The position numbers and the translations under genes are program-made. Positions 1 to 10,901 of a DNA stretch of 64,000 nt are shown in pieces (within the stretch, counting starts at the first letter, position 1; each line of letters begins with the position of its first letter). The notes beneath the pieces are model-generated. The model searched no databases. It worked only from the letters and a program-made list of their open reading frames with translations, and was not told the DNA's origin. This DNA comes from Massalongia carnosa (lineage: Eukaryota), in contig OZ287068.1 of NCBI GenBank assembly GCA_965645245.1, positions 2,852,001 to 2,916,000 on the forward strand. Reading direction: 5' to 3'.

Positions 1-1153
1 TCGACGCTGTCCTCAGGAGCGATCTTGATCCCCCTCTAGGAGAAGCGTTTGGTAAAGAGTCAATCTGATAGAGGCTCGAAGCTTTCTAGATTTTTTTCTG
101 AGATGTACTTAGATGAAACAAGGTATAAGGCTCAATATTTAGGGTTTGAGAGTCTTGCTAGGGTGTTTTCTGGGTATACAAGGAACAAAAGCATAAGTAA
201 GGTTTTTGTCTTTCATTTTTTTATCATGTATAAAACTTTAACGTTCTTACCTGGAATCTTTCTCAGCGTGATCTTCTGTTTCTTGAGCGGAACGCTATGG
301 ATTATCGAGCATTAACCTCTTTTAACTGATCTTTGTATCTCATTTTTGGTTGATTCATGTGCCATCGTTGATTTTTCCTGGATTCGATCTGAAAATTTAT
401 GAGGCATTCTATTCTGTTCTGTTCAATCTCATCAGAGGTCGATTAGTCTCTAAAAGCCTGTAGGTCTTGTAGCTTAATTTGCGCTTTAAGACATGATTAA
501 GCCTTTGAGGGAACATAATAACCTCCATCAGAGATGAGCCGCGCATTCGATGTCCGGAAATATCTGCATGAAGAACAGAGGCCAAGCTTTCCGTGGTGTA
601 GACAGCCCTCATTTACGGGGAGTGACGTAGCTTCAGAGCCTGAAGTGAGGTTTTTATACTGTTTGTGGCGACAACATGCGGTTGGTAAACGAGCGCGCTT
701 AAGGCGGCGCTGATCCGATGGCCTCAATTAGGTAATCTTTGCAGCGGGAGACACCTTAAAGTCTTCACTTTTCAACTACAACTTCAGGAACTCGTCAACA
801 CTATTGTACTTGCAAAGCATTCATCACATTTACATAGTATCAAGCTAAAAATCGGTCTCTCTCTCTCCTCAAACCTTGGCCTTCTCGCGGAATCAATGTG
901 CCAACATATTCGTACATCACACTGTTAGATTACCCTGTATCCCAATGTCGAAGAAGTTGCGAATCCACCAAATATCGCGTGCCTGTTTACCCCCTGGAAA
1001 GTGGTTTTTGTTGATTTATGATGACTTATAGCGGCATATATTGTCCAACGTTACTGCAGTTCTATTGTTCCTCCTATTGACTGTTTACTCCGGCGGTTGC
1101 CGATTCTGGCTGCTTAAAGTCAATCCTATTGTCCCAATTGTCTCAGCAAGAAT

Positions 1154-3013
1154 ATGAAGCGCTCTTTGGACATAAGCGAAGAGAAGCCGCGAAAAACCCG
1201 CCGTACAATACCCCTTCGTCTCTCATCCCCTGATACTTCTACAGCTTCTGCACAAGCTCTGAAGATTCTCTTGCAAAATCCAATTCAATTCGTCCCTGCC
1301 ACACAGTTCACAATACGAAATGAACAAGCCATGACTATGAGCCATTTTAGCCAGAAAGAAACGCAGTCACATTCCATAGCTCAAGACGAAAAAAACACGA
1401 CCTCAAGCGCACCTGGGCAGAACGAAACGCAGCTACAGCGGATACGTCAAGAAATCGTGAGCTAAAATTTCCAAGAAACCACTATCTACTTGCTTAAACT
1501 GAATCTACAGGTCGAAAAAATATCGCCGATTTGGAATATACAAGAAAATTCCGTGGTTGAGCCGGGCGGTCTCGTCAATCCACGCAATCTGTGCTACCAA
1601 AATAGCGTTATTCAATGCCTTCTTCATGCCCCGATTTTCGTCAATTGGCTTCAGAACCATCATGTTCGGTGCACGATTAGGTATTGTTTAGCCTGCTCGT
1701 TCAGCCAACTGTCATCTGTATACTGGAACGAGGCAAAAAATGCGCGCCAACTTTACGATCGGCTGCGTCTTCTACGTACTAGAGCTTACCAAGGTAACAC
1801 CGCCTGTGGTGTTTTGCCTATGTCTATTTCTAACTTTTTCATTGAGGTGGTTGGAGTTCTACTAGGCAGGAGGATGCAAATGATTACTATATGGCTATTA
1901 TCACGCGAATGAAGGCACAACTCAAGGCTGAGTAATTGCACCACCGACTCCTGTCCGATACTTCATGCTAATTCTTATCGTAGGGACCGCAACATCATTG
2001 ACGCAATTTTTCAGATGGAGTCGCAGAACATACTCACCTGCCCGAGCTGTGGAAACGTATCCAGCACGGCGTCTCAGGATCTTTCCTTGGGTATTCCATT
2101 TACGCGTTCTAGGGCTTTAATCGAATTGGTTCGGGAACCAGAGGTTTTCGGTCCTGACTCGGTGGATGATGTCGTCTGTGACTCTGAAGCATGTAGATTA
2201 AAATCCTCCCGCCCCCGTACCAAGCTCATCAGCCTTGGCCCAGAGGTCCTCGTAGTACAAATTCGCCGATTCAGCTTTGACCCGAGAACACAAAAGGCCA
2301 GGAAGAAGAACCATTTCATCCCAATACAGGCTCAGCTCGATCTTTCGGATTTCTACAGTCCTGGAACCTTGAAGTACGGCCTTTTCAGTGTGATCCATCA
2401 TTCGGGTAGCTTGACGGGCGGGCATTATGTCAGCGTCGCAGAGGCGCCATCAAAACAATGGCACTGGCTTAATGATTCATGTGTTACTATCTCCTCCTTA
2501 AACGCAGCATTACAATCAACTCCTGAATTCAAACCCTACTTGTTATTTTATGCCAGGATGCGAGGGGCTAACAATCAGCTTTCGACAATTTCTCAAGGCT
2601 CGGGTCAAGAGAATCTGCCACGGATTAGAGCTAGAAATTCTAGTGCCCCATTGGAAAGTGAGTCTTCACTGAAAGCAGGACTGACCAGCGGAAAAGCCAA
2701 CAATCTCTCAACTGGTCAAAAGTCTGATAAGCCTTTACAGAACGGCGAAGGTTCAAAGCCCAACGAGGCAAAGCTCGACGAGCCGGCGGAACCCAGCGAA
2801 GCTTTGAATATCAATAAACCAGAAGCACAGGAGCCTACAAAACCCGAATTAACTCCCAAATCGGACACATCTCTTATGCCTGGCAAGCTCGGCATGTTTT
2901 CGAAACCAGAACTCACTTCAAATCTTCCAAACAATTCATTCTCCAAATCACCGCCCCACGATCCCTCAACCCCCACCCCTTCACCCTCAAAAGAACCTTG
3001 CAAGCGCCTTTAA
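1154..3013 (+). CDS. Ubiquitin-specific protease (USP/UCH, peptidase C19), 4 exons, with a low-complexity Pro/Lys/Glu C-terminal tail
   Basis: Cys box GLVNPRNLCYQNSVIQCL; QEDA motif in a small exon (1847-1929); His box HHSGSLTGGHYVS...WLNDS...PYLLFY. GT-AG introns at about 1457-1510, 1794-1846 and 1930-1983 join the ORFs in frame. Confidence 0.85.
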
Positions 3014-4739
3014 CCCTCAAGCAACTCCGATCCCAAGGCCGACGACGAAACCCCCTTCAAGAAAAAACACTGCTATAATGCCTGCTTCGGGGACAAAGCA
3101 GCCTCCTAAGAGCTGGTGAAGCCACTGTCGAACCCCCCCCGGGGGAAAACACCGCCCAAGAAACCCCAAAATCCTGTCAAAATCCCGCCCAATATGCGTG
3201 CACCCCGCAGTGCCACAACGAGAAGTAACGCTTGCTACGCCGAAGAAGGGAATTGGAGGATACTCCACCCCCAACCAAAAAAATGTTCCTCATCAATACA
3301 ACCATTGCTATCAAAGTCAAGCTGAACAGGTTGTAAAAGGCAGAGGCACCGGCAGCGCCGACGTCGGCAGCAGTAGCAGTAGCGGAGGAGTGGAGGCGGA
3401 AGCGGAAGTAGAAGCTTCGGAAGGGGATGAGGGTTGAGTAATAACAATCCGAGCTAGGAGACTGTGTAGGAATGGGTAAGGGCTTTTACGTTTACCTACC
3501 GCGGGGGGGGGGTTCGTTACTTTGTATCTCCTCTTGCATCGTACAGTTTCATCCATCTCCTTTGTTCTGGGCAACCCTCCCCCTTCAGTACCGCGCAGTT
3601 ATGTATTATCGCCCCGATGGCATCCGCCTTGTTACTTATCATTATCAGAGTTCTGTAATCTAGCGACAGCAGCATGTACATGGCCGAGAAGACTTTTTCT
3701 ATCTATCTAACCTACCTAGTGGACTTGATTTATGAGAGTGAGTGAGTCAGGGAACGGGTAAGTGCACGGTCGGTATGCGAAACCCGCTTCCGATACTGAG
3801 CGAGCATTTGCATCAACCTTGACGATACCGAATGGGATGAAATAAATAGTCCTCCTCAACGGCAATGAGGAAGAGAAGGAGGAAGAGAAATAAAACAGGT
3901 AAATAATAAACATCTCCTGAGTACTATCCACCCAGCCAGTTATTTTTATCTACTCCCAAAACAACGCTATTCTTCACGCATGACTCAACTCCTCAAAAGA
4001 ACCAGCCAGCTACTTCTCAGGCATGGAAAAGAATACAAAATACCCAAATCCAAACCAAATCATGTACTTACCTAGTTATTTCCGCAGCGTCTAGCGACTC
4101 CTATCCCCCCAAATACACTAGTTCTACTTAGCAACAACGATAACGACAACGATCTCCCACCCAGTATCCAAAATAAGTCCTTGCCCCCATCTCCAAGAAT
4201 TCCAGCGCAAAGTATCTAGACACCTGACTTAATCGCCTTCCCTGCACGTTTCTTCGCAAACCCCCCCCCTAACAAGAAACATCCACTTTTACATCACAGC
4301 CCAATACTTCAAGCATTAGTCTGCCTGTTTGCCGACTAGCCTACTGTTGATTTTTGACTTATCTCTTTCCCACTCATCAAGAAAAACCTAACCGTGTGCT
4401 CTCCCCATCGTATCGTGCCTGTGATCATCTGATCGCGTTTCTTCGGCCTTTTGTTGGCATATAAATGGCTGAGCTCTGAACTCAATTCTAGAAGGCCAAA
4501 GTAAGCATCCAAGCTGAAGTTTTTTGTGGCGGTCGTCATCGCACCATACTCAGCTCGCACCCTCTTCCTTCTCCCCTCATAAGGTCCATCTTTAGCGATA
4601 ACCAAGCACTCTACCCCTGGCGAATAGCCACCTTCCCCTCGATGTTCAAGTTCCCAAGCAAGCACCTTGTCGCTCGAAAGACCCTCCGCTCCCTCTGCAT
4701 CCAGCACGTACCCGACTGTTACGGGCTTCGCCGAGTCTC

Positions 4740-5783
4740 CTACGGCGAAAAGTCCATCGCAGGTGCGCAGCGCGACACAGGTCCGAAATACTGCCCGTGC
4801 CGGCCGATCTTGAACCCATGCTTGCCCGAGTTCCCGTGCGTATTGTAAAACCCCTTGACGACCTCGATGTCACCGGGCCCGGGATGCTCGGGATGCGCAC
4901 GGATCCAGTATTCCGGCGACATGTGCACGTAGCCCCAGGAGTGCAAGGGTTGGCGCGGGATGGGATCGCTCATGCTGGTGAGGCGGTAGGAGCGGTCCGA
5001 CTGATCCGTCAAGAAGGCGGCCGTGTGCGCGTTGCCGACGCGGGGGGAGCCGAATGTGAAGAGTTCCGTCCGCCTGGCGAGGTCGTCGTTGTGCTTGCGC
5101 AGCTCGGCCGCAGCGAGGGCGGCAAGGGCACCGCCGAGGGAGTGGCCAGTCACGACGAGGCGGTAGGCCGGATGGTCCTGAACGGCGTGGAGGACCTTGC
5201 TCTTGACGCGGTGGCGCACCTCAGTCCAGGCGTCCCAGAAGCCCTGGTGCACATGGCAGTCGCGGCAGAGGTCCGTCTGGACTCGGAGGACCTGGATGTT
5301 GACCTTCCAGTTCGAGAGCGACTCGGAACCTCGGAAGGCGAGCACGACGAGGCGGTTGGTGTCGTCGATCGCGAGGAACCCCGTGTCGTCGGTCCAGAGG
5401 GTGTTTTCGAACTCCAAGGCGCTGTGCGCCCCGGCAGCTTCGACCAGAGGGCAGTTCCCTGCCTGGCAGGTGATGGCGTCCCCGGAGCCATTGTTGTTGC
5501 CCGCACAATAGGCGGCCGCAGAGTATTGAGCCATCAGCTCGAACTGGTGCAGCAGGTCCGCGGAAACGCCGACAGTCTCTGAGTTCCGCGGGCCTACAAC
5601 GCAGGAACCGATGCCAAAGGGGTGCAGCAGAGTGTGCACGCAAAAAGGTTTCTTCTGGGCATGGTAAATGCCACGGGGGTCCAACAAGAGCGAGGCGGCT
5701 GGGATGCCGAGAGATAGGATGGTAGTCGTAAAGTACATGCACATTGCGACTACCATCATGAGGGAGAAGTTGGATTTAGCCAT
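4740..5783 (-). CDS. Secreted class 3 lipase / feruloyl esterase-like alpha/beta hydrolase, intronless
   Basis: Hydrophobic N-terminus; AQYSAAAYC, VLAFRGSES, VHQGF, nucleophile elbow GHSLGG, TFGSPRVGN, DPIP (Asp) and HGQYFG (His). Confidence 0.92.
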   Translation of the reverse strand: MAKSNFSLMMVVAMCMYFTTTILSLGIPAASLLLDPRGIYHAQKKPFCVHTLLHPFGIGSCVVGPRNSETVGVSADLLHQFELMAQYSAAAYCAGNNNGSGDAITCQAGNCPLVEAAGAHSALEFENTLWTDDTGFLAIDDTNRLVVLAFRGSESLSNWKVNIQVLRVQTDLCRDCHVHQGFWDAWTEVRHRVKSKVLHAVQDHPAYRLVVTGHSLGGALAALAAAELRKHNDDLARRTELFTFGSPRVGNAHTAAFLTDQSDRSYRLTSMSDPIPRQPLHSWGYVHMSPEYWIRAHPEHPGPGDIEVVKGFYNTHGNSGKHGFKIGRHGQYFGPVSRCAPAMDFSP

Positions 5784-6293
5784 CTCGATGTTTGGAGATG
5801 GGAAAGGCTTGATCGCGAGCGTGGATAATATTGGTGGGTTGATGAGGTGAGATTGAAAGACTGATCTATATAATATAAACAGATATACTCAAGTCGATAT
5901 ACTTGTTGCGTTGAGGGTGAAAGAAAAAAGAAAGGATCGAGGAACTGCCATGATATACTACAGTAGAGCTCCAACAACTAGGTAACAACGAAGACTGTGG
6001 GCAGAAGGTGCAAGGGAGTTTCTCAAAGCCCCAATGAGTAAGAACCATGGTCCCTTTAGGCAAGCCCCTTGTCTGTTAAAGAAATGAATGATATCTAACT
6101 CTCGGGTTCTCTAACTTGTTTCTCTGCATCAAAACAAAACTCAATCCATCTATTCTTTTACTCAAAAATGGCAAAAGAGTTCCAAAGGAAGAAACAGTTC
6201 TTTTTCCCTTATATTTCATTCCTTAAGGGGAGGGTTTGAACTGCTTCTTCCAATGTACATCTCTCCTATAAATTAGTACGTTAGTAAATGTCG

Positions 6294-6368
6294 ACGCCCC
6301 GGCGGGGGTTCGAACCGGCGTGGTGTGCGTTTACGTTTGCATCGGCGTTACCGCTTGACTACAAGGCC
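6294..6368 (-). other. tRNA-like sequence (tRNA pseudogene or tRNA-derived SINE head)
   Basis: Minus strand reads GGCCTTG TAGTCAAGCGGTAA (A-box-like) ... GGTTCGAACCC (B-box) ... CGGGGCG. The acceptor-like stem GCCTTG/CGGGGC can form, but the anticodon and T arms are imperfect. Confidence 0.45.
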
Positions 6369-7973
6369 GTTAGTGATAGGATGTTTGCTTAAAAGAAAAT
6401 TTAATGAAGAGAATTTCCTTTTGAGATTTGCAACACTTGCGGCGATTTCGTGCCTGCTAACTAGCGGAGTTTGCCTGCCCCCTGAGTATACCTCCGAGGC
6501 TATGGCCGATAGAAGATAGTTATCGGAGGTGCTTTCCCTGGAAAGAAAAGGGTTATTGTAAAGTTCAGAAAGAGCATTCTAATTTACTTGCTACCCATGA
6601 ATCTCCATGAATCTACAAATATCCTAGATAGCCGATACGAGATATGCTTGTGGTAAAGGAACATATCGTTGGGAATCGAAGAACCATGGAAGCAAAAAAT
6701 ATTCACGGGTGGCATGATTTGGCTATCGTATAGCTTCGAAGAAAGGCTAGCTCTTAGCTTACTCCCAGCTTTGCCACCGGGAAAAATCAGAACATGCGCC
6801 TTCCAAGGATTGCCTGAAGTTGCTAACGTTAAACAGAGTTTAAGGCTATCACTTGAGCAACACCAAAATAGATAGCTAGATATGAGGAAAGAACCCAAAA
6901 TTGGCAAGACTTTGGATCTGGTAGAATGGCTCTTGTGGGATGACGCTCTCAACAAGAAGCAATTCTCGAGGAGCGATGGCAACCGCCTCGTTGGAAGTCG
7001 ATCAGAATCTTACTTTTCGTCCATTCACGCTTCATTTCTTGATTTGAGGCTTATCACGGAATATTTTCTCTGATAGGATTGGAATCCAACACTCATTGTG
7101 ACCTGTTACTATTGTCTTGGATTACTGGACGTCTTAATTCTTTCTTAAAGGGCATGGCTGAACCAGCATGATGGATAAGCCCAAGGTAATAACAATACGC
7201 ATCTCCAAAATGAACACGACTTTTCAAATCAAAAATGCTGCTGCCTTTTGGGAAGTGATTCGGAAATTGCACACCTGGGTGATCATCAAAAGATATACGC
7301 TTTCATGGCTTCAGGAAGACATAAATCTTACATAGAAGTAACACTGACAGGCCCATGAGAAAGACGATAGGAAACACAAGTGAAGATGTCGCTCATTGGA
7401 GATAAAGAAAGCCCGTTGAAGCCCGCGAAGAATTGCTAAGGAAAAAGGTACAGTGTACAATAGCTATGTCCACGAACTACGCGAAACACTCGTCTCTCAA
7501 CGAAGGAATCAGTGCCGGGAAGCAGAGGCACAACCAGAAACAGCCCCCCCCCCCTATATCTTACATGCAGAATACGTACTGGTCATGATGCTTAGAAGTA
7601 TCTGCGAGTCACCAGCCGTCAACAGCATTTCGAATAGAGGTCACACATCTCACTCTCCCCTACAGCTTGTTGGTTGTCTCAGCGGCGACTGAAGAACCAT
7701 CTCGGCTTCTCATGCAAAAGTTGCCGAGCTATAGATTGCATGCTTGAAAAGCTCATGCAATAAATCTTCAGGTCGCTGGTGACAGTAACATGGAGCGGGA
7801 TGACTCCAATGAACCTTATCCCGCGCCCTAAAAAAAAGCCGCAATTGTATGAAAGCCTCCAGGCATTAGTCAATCTTTACAATATAAATCCTTCGATCTC
7901 ATCAATCTACCCACCTCACCTACCTACCGCCAACTCCTTTTCCCCAATTCCCCCCACAAGTCAAAGAAACAGA

Positions 7974-8390
7974 ATGTCGAGAATCCTCACTCCGTTCATC
8001 GCCTCCCGCCTCCTTGTTGGCTTACTAATTGTCACCCTTCTCGAAGTCAGCACGAAACTTCTCCTCCTTCCTCCCTCATCTGGGCCCTTGGTGACCATCA
8101 TGCGCTGCTGCGGCGGGCGCGAATTCGTCCTCGGTGCGCTTCTTTACGCAACCGTGAATGTTAAGAAAGATGGGGAGCCAAGGTTTCAGCGGCAGGCGCT
8201 GCTGGCGGGCGCGGCGGTGGATGCGCTGGACGCGCTGATTCTTGTTGCGTCGTGGGCGCTGGGGGAGATGGGTGGGGCGCCGGCGGTGGTAACTGTGGGA
8301 GGCGCGTGCATGAATCTCTTGATGGGACGGGCGTGTTGGAGGGGGTTGGTGGGAAGGAACGTAGGGGGGAAGAGGTTACAGTACGGATAA
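7974..8390 (+). CDS. Small membrane protein, DUF4267-like
   Basis: ATG at 7974; several hydrophobic helices; GGREFVLGALL and AVDALDAL motifs resemble this family. Confidence 0.55.
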   Translation: MSRILTPFIASRLLVGLLIVTLLEVSTKLLLLPPSSGPLVTIMRCCGGREFVLGALLYATVNVKKDGEPRFQRQALLAGAAVDALDALILVASWALGEMGGAPAVVTVGGACMNLLMGRACWRGLVGRNVGGKRLQYG

Positions 8391-8476
8391 GAGGATAGAC
8401 GCTGTGCGTGTATTTGTACAGTTGGGTTTGGGTTTTTCTTCACTCGATTTAATTTGTTGACTGAGAGACGGGGGTG

Positions 8477-8517
8477 CACACGGGGACCAAAAAAGTTGCG
8501 ACACCAAAATTTTCACC
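8477..8517 (+). mobile_element. Solo terminal-repeat remnant of the CAC-ended Tc1-like family
   Basis: CACACGGGGACCAAAAAAGTTGCGACACCAAAATTTTCACC aligns with the TIR at 10902 (CACGCGGGGCCAAAAAAAGTTCCCACACCAAAAATTTCACC). No partner end was found. Confidence 0.7.
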
Positions 8518-8614
8518 TCGTAGGGGTGGGTTGGTTTATCAGGTATTCGATGCCAAGCATTTTAACTAGTGCGTATCTCCCCGCCCAACGCAGTTCCACC
8601 TCCACTCTCCACCA

Positions 8615-9244
8615 ATGCCGCTCCCCCACCCCCTCACATTTATTTCCTCTCTTTTCTCCTCTCCCACCTGTGGTTCCACTGTTCCAATCTCCCCGGCCAC
8701 AACTCCTCTCCTCCTTACCCTCCATTGCCTCTTCCCGAGCGACCTCCTCCCCGCCCTCGACCTCTTGGACCGCCGCCTTGTTACCCGGTTTGCCCTACAG
8801 GCTCCATCGCTTGTTGCGGAAGCCAATGTCAGCCCCAAGGATTTGCCAAGCCGGCCGCATGAGACACAAAAAACCTCAGTCTACTACGTGCGCTCCTCGC
8901 AACGACCTCGATCAGGCTCTAGGCACAAGATAGCCAGCACTAGCTACGAGGTTAGGCTTCAAGCTTGGAATTGCAGTTGTCCGGCATTCGCATTTGCTGC
9001 GTTTGAGTTTGAGAACGAGGGGGTGAGGGGGGTTACGGAGCGGTGTGATGAAGATGATAGCGAGGGAACCCGGGCAGAGGATAGGTTTGGGGGCTTGACT
9101 TTAGTGGGGAGAGAAGTGCCGGTTTGCAAACATTTGCTTGCTTGTTTGCTGGTTAACAAGGTAGGGGGCTATGAGGATTTTGTAGAAGATAGGGTGGTGG
9201 GGAGGGAAGAGACGGCTGGGTGGGCGGCTGGATGGGGAGGATGA
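8615..9244 (+). CDS. sws1: SWIM zinc-finger protein, Sws1/SWS1-like (Shu complex)
   Basis: YEVRLQAWNCSCPAFAF ... PVCKHLLACLL gives the CxC...CxH SWIM motif in a short intronless ORF. Confidence 0.75.
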   Translation: MPLPHPLTFISSLFSSPTCGSTVPISPATTPLLLTLHCLFPSDLLPALDLLDRRLVTRFALQAPSLVAEANVSPKDLPSRPHETQKTSVYYVRSSQRPRSGSRHKIASTSYEVRLQAWNCSCPAFAFAAFEFENEGVRGVTERCDEDDSEGTRAEDRFGGLTLVGREVPVCKHLLACLLVNKVGGYEDFVEDRVVGREETAGWAAGWGG

Positions 9245-9611
9245 GGTGAGGGATTTCTAACAGCGGAGGATTGACAGAGGACTTGGCCTATGAGAGGATG
9301 AGCGATGCTGCGTTTGCCATCTGCCTAGTATTTCTTCAAGCTGGTCTGGAAATGATTTGAAGGCTCGAAATAACTTTAAGACGACATCAAACTCCGACCT
9401 GACACCTTGCAAGGTCTTTCGAGAGGCGGCAGGTTTGTGCAAATGCCTGAAGGCCCTAAATTTGTCATCGATCTGCTAGAGCCGACCACTCGACCAGCTA
9501 GTCGATGCCAACGTCATTGGGGTATCCTCTATGATACATAGTACTACCCGAGGTCTAGGAATGCCCACATTCCAATCGCTAACCACATGCAAAATCCGGG
9601 TCGTACATCGA

Positions 9612-10771
9612 TTATTTTTCCTTACTACTCTTCTCGTCCTCTTTCTCATCTTTCGCATCTCCATTCAAAATGCCACTAGCCTTTTTGGGGTCCTTCTCAT
9701 CCTTGCCATCTTCCTTCTTAGAGTCTTTTTCTTCTTGCTGATGCCGATTTTGTACCTTGTTCTCTATCAGGTCATGGAAGGCTGTAATTGCTCGTATTAG
9801 ACTACTCAAATATATTGCCATTAGCTGATCGTTCGTCTTTATGCTCATCGCTCGCGCTAGTTCGGTATTCTCGCTATATTGGTTCTCGGATCCGCTAGCT
9901 TGAGGTGTGGCTGTAGGGTTTGATAGGTTAGGAAGGAGATTAAATACGTCTTGGAGGTTGCCTAGTATCGCATGATTGACAGGCAGCTCTCCATCGATGA
10001 CTTTCTGGAGATACTGCCCTATATCTCGTAATCGAAGATGTAGACCTTGGAGCGATTGTAGCTGAGAGGTAATCCGCGTTGAAAGCGTACCGACCGCAAC
10101 ATCCCGGATATCCCGAAGTAGGTGTTCAACTCCTATCTCTTCGGCCTCTTCGGCCTCGATTATTGAAGGGGTATGTACAAAGGTCTTAGTTGTAGTTGTT
10201 CCATCCTAGGGGTAGCTAATCAGCCCGAAGCTCAGCGCCATGCATGAGATTTTGTAATACGTACATCTTTGATTTCTTCCACGGCAAAGTAGGCGTCTGT
10301 AGGCACACCAACCTCCTTGGGCTGTACATCAATGATGACAAGAAGCGGGTTAGGCGTGTATCGTTTGAAAAGCTCATTGATCTCGAGATCGGATGCTCTT
10401 AGTTTAGGCCCCGAGTGATACCATCCAATGAGCTTCTCCCGAGCATTGACTTTTTTGAACATGTCGTTCATCGATTCGACATAGTTATGATCTAAGAACC
10501 ATACTGAGGGATCTTTCTCGTCCTCCTCGAAAGGAACTAAATAACCTAAGTTTAATGAACACGTTGCGCAAAGAAACAGCTACTAACCTGCGAAACTATT
10601 TGACACTCGAACATTCGTTCCGTCATTCTGTCCTAATAAAACGCCAACCACTCGTTTTCGTAGTGTTTTACCAGATCGCCCAAAATGGTCTGCTGCTGAG
10701 AGGAGAACGAGAGGCGCAACAGATACGTTCCGCGTGACAAGTGATAGTGTCTCCGCAGTAGTTGTAGGCAT
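9612..10771 (-). CDS. RPN8: 26S proteasome lid subunit Rpn8 (MPN domain), multi-exon
   Basis: [59 protein letters not shown]; charged C-terminal tail. Confidence 0.97.
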
Positions 10772-10835
10772 CACGGACGAGTTGAGAGATTATGAATGTT
10801 CTTGTATTAAAAGATATGATGCCTCTCGAAAAACC

Positions 10836-10857
10836 GAGCTTCATTTCGGTGAAGCTC
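10836..10857. promoter_or_regulatory. Inverted repeat GAGCTTCA-n6-TGAAGCTC 65 bp upstream of the RPN8 ATG; candidate proteasome-regulon site
   Basis: Perfect 8-bp arms are visible. The GAGCT core resembles the GGAGCT-type element reported upstream of euascomycete proteasome genes (inference). Confidence 0.35.
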
Positions 10858-10901
10858 ATATTGCGCTAGACTCGATTCGGGGCTAGCATAAAGTCGGCCC
10901 G

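Noticed and set aside
1..840. Short ORFs at the window start
   Set aside because: Fragmentary, stop-ridden and without recognisable motifs.
4797..5742. Long overlapping and antisense ORFs (261, 173, 118 and 104 aa) over the lipase
   Set aside because: By-products of GC-rich codon usage; no recognisable motifs.
6669..7073. Two same-frame ORFs separated by one stop; possible pseudogene
   Set aside because: No recognisable domain; cannot be distinguished from chance without a search.
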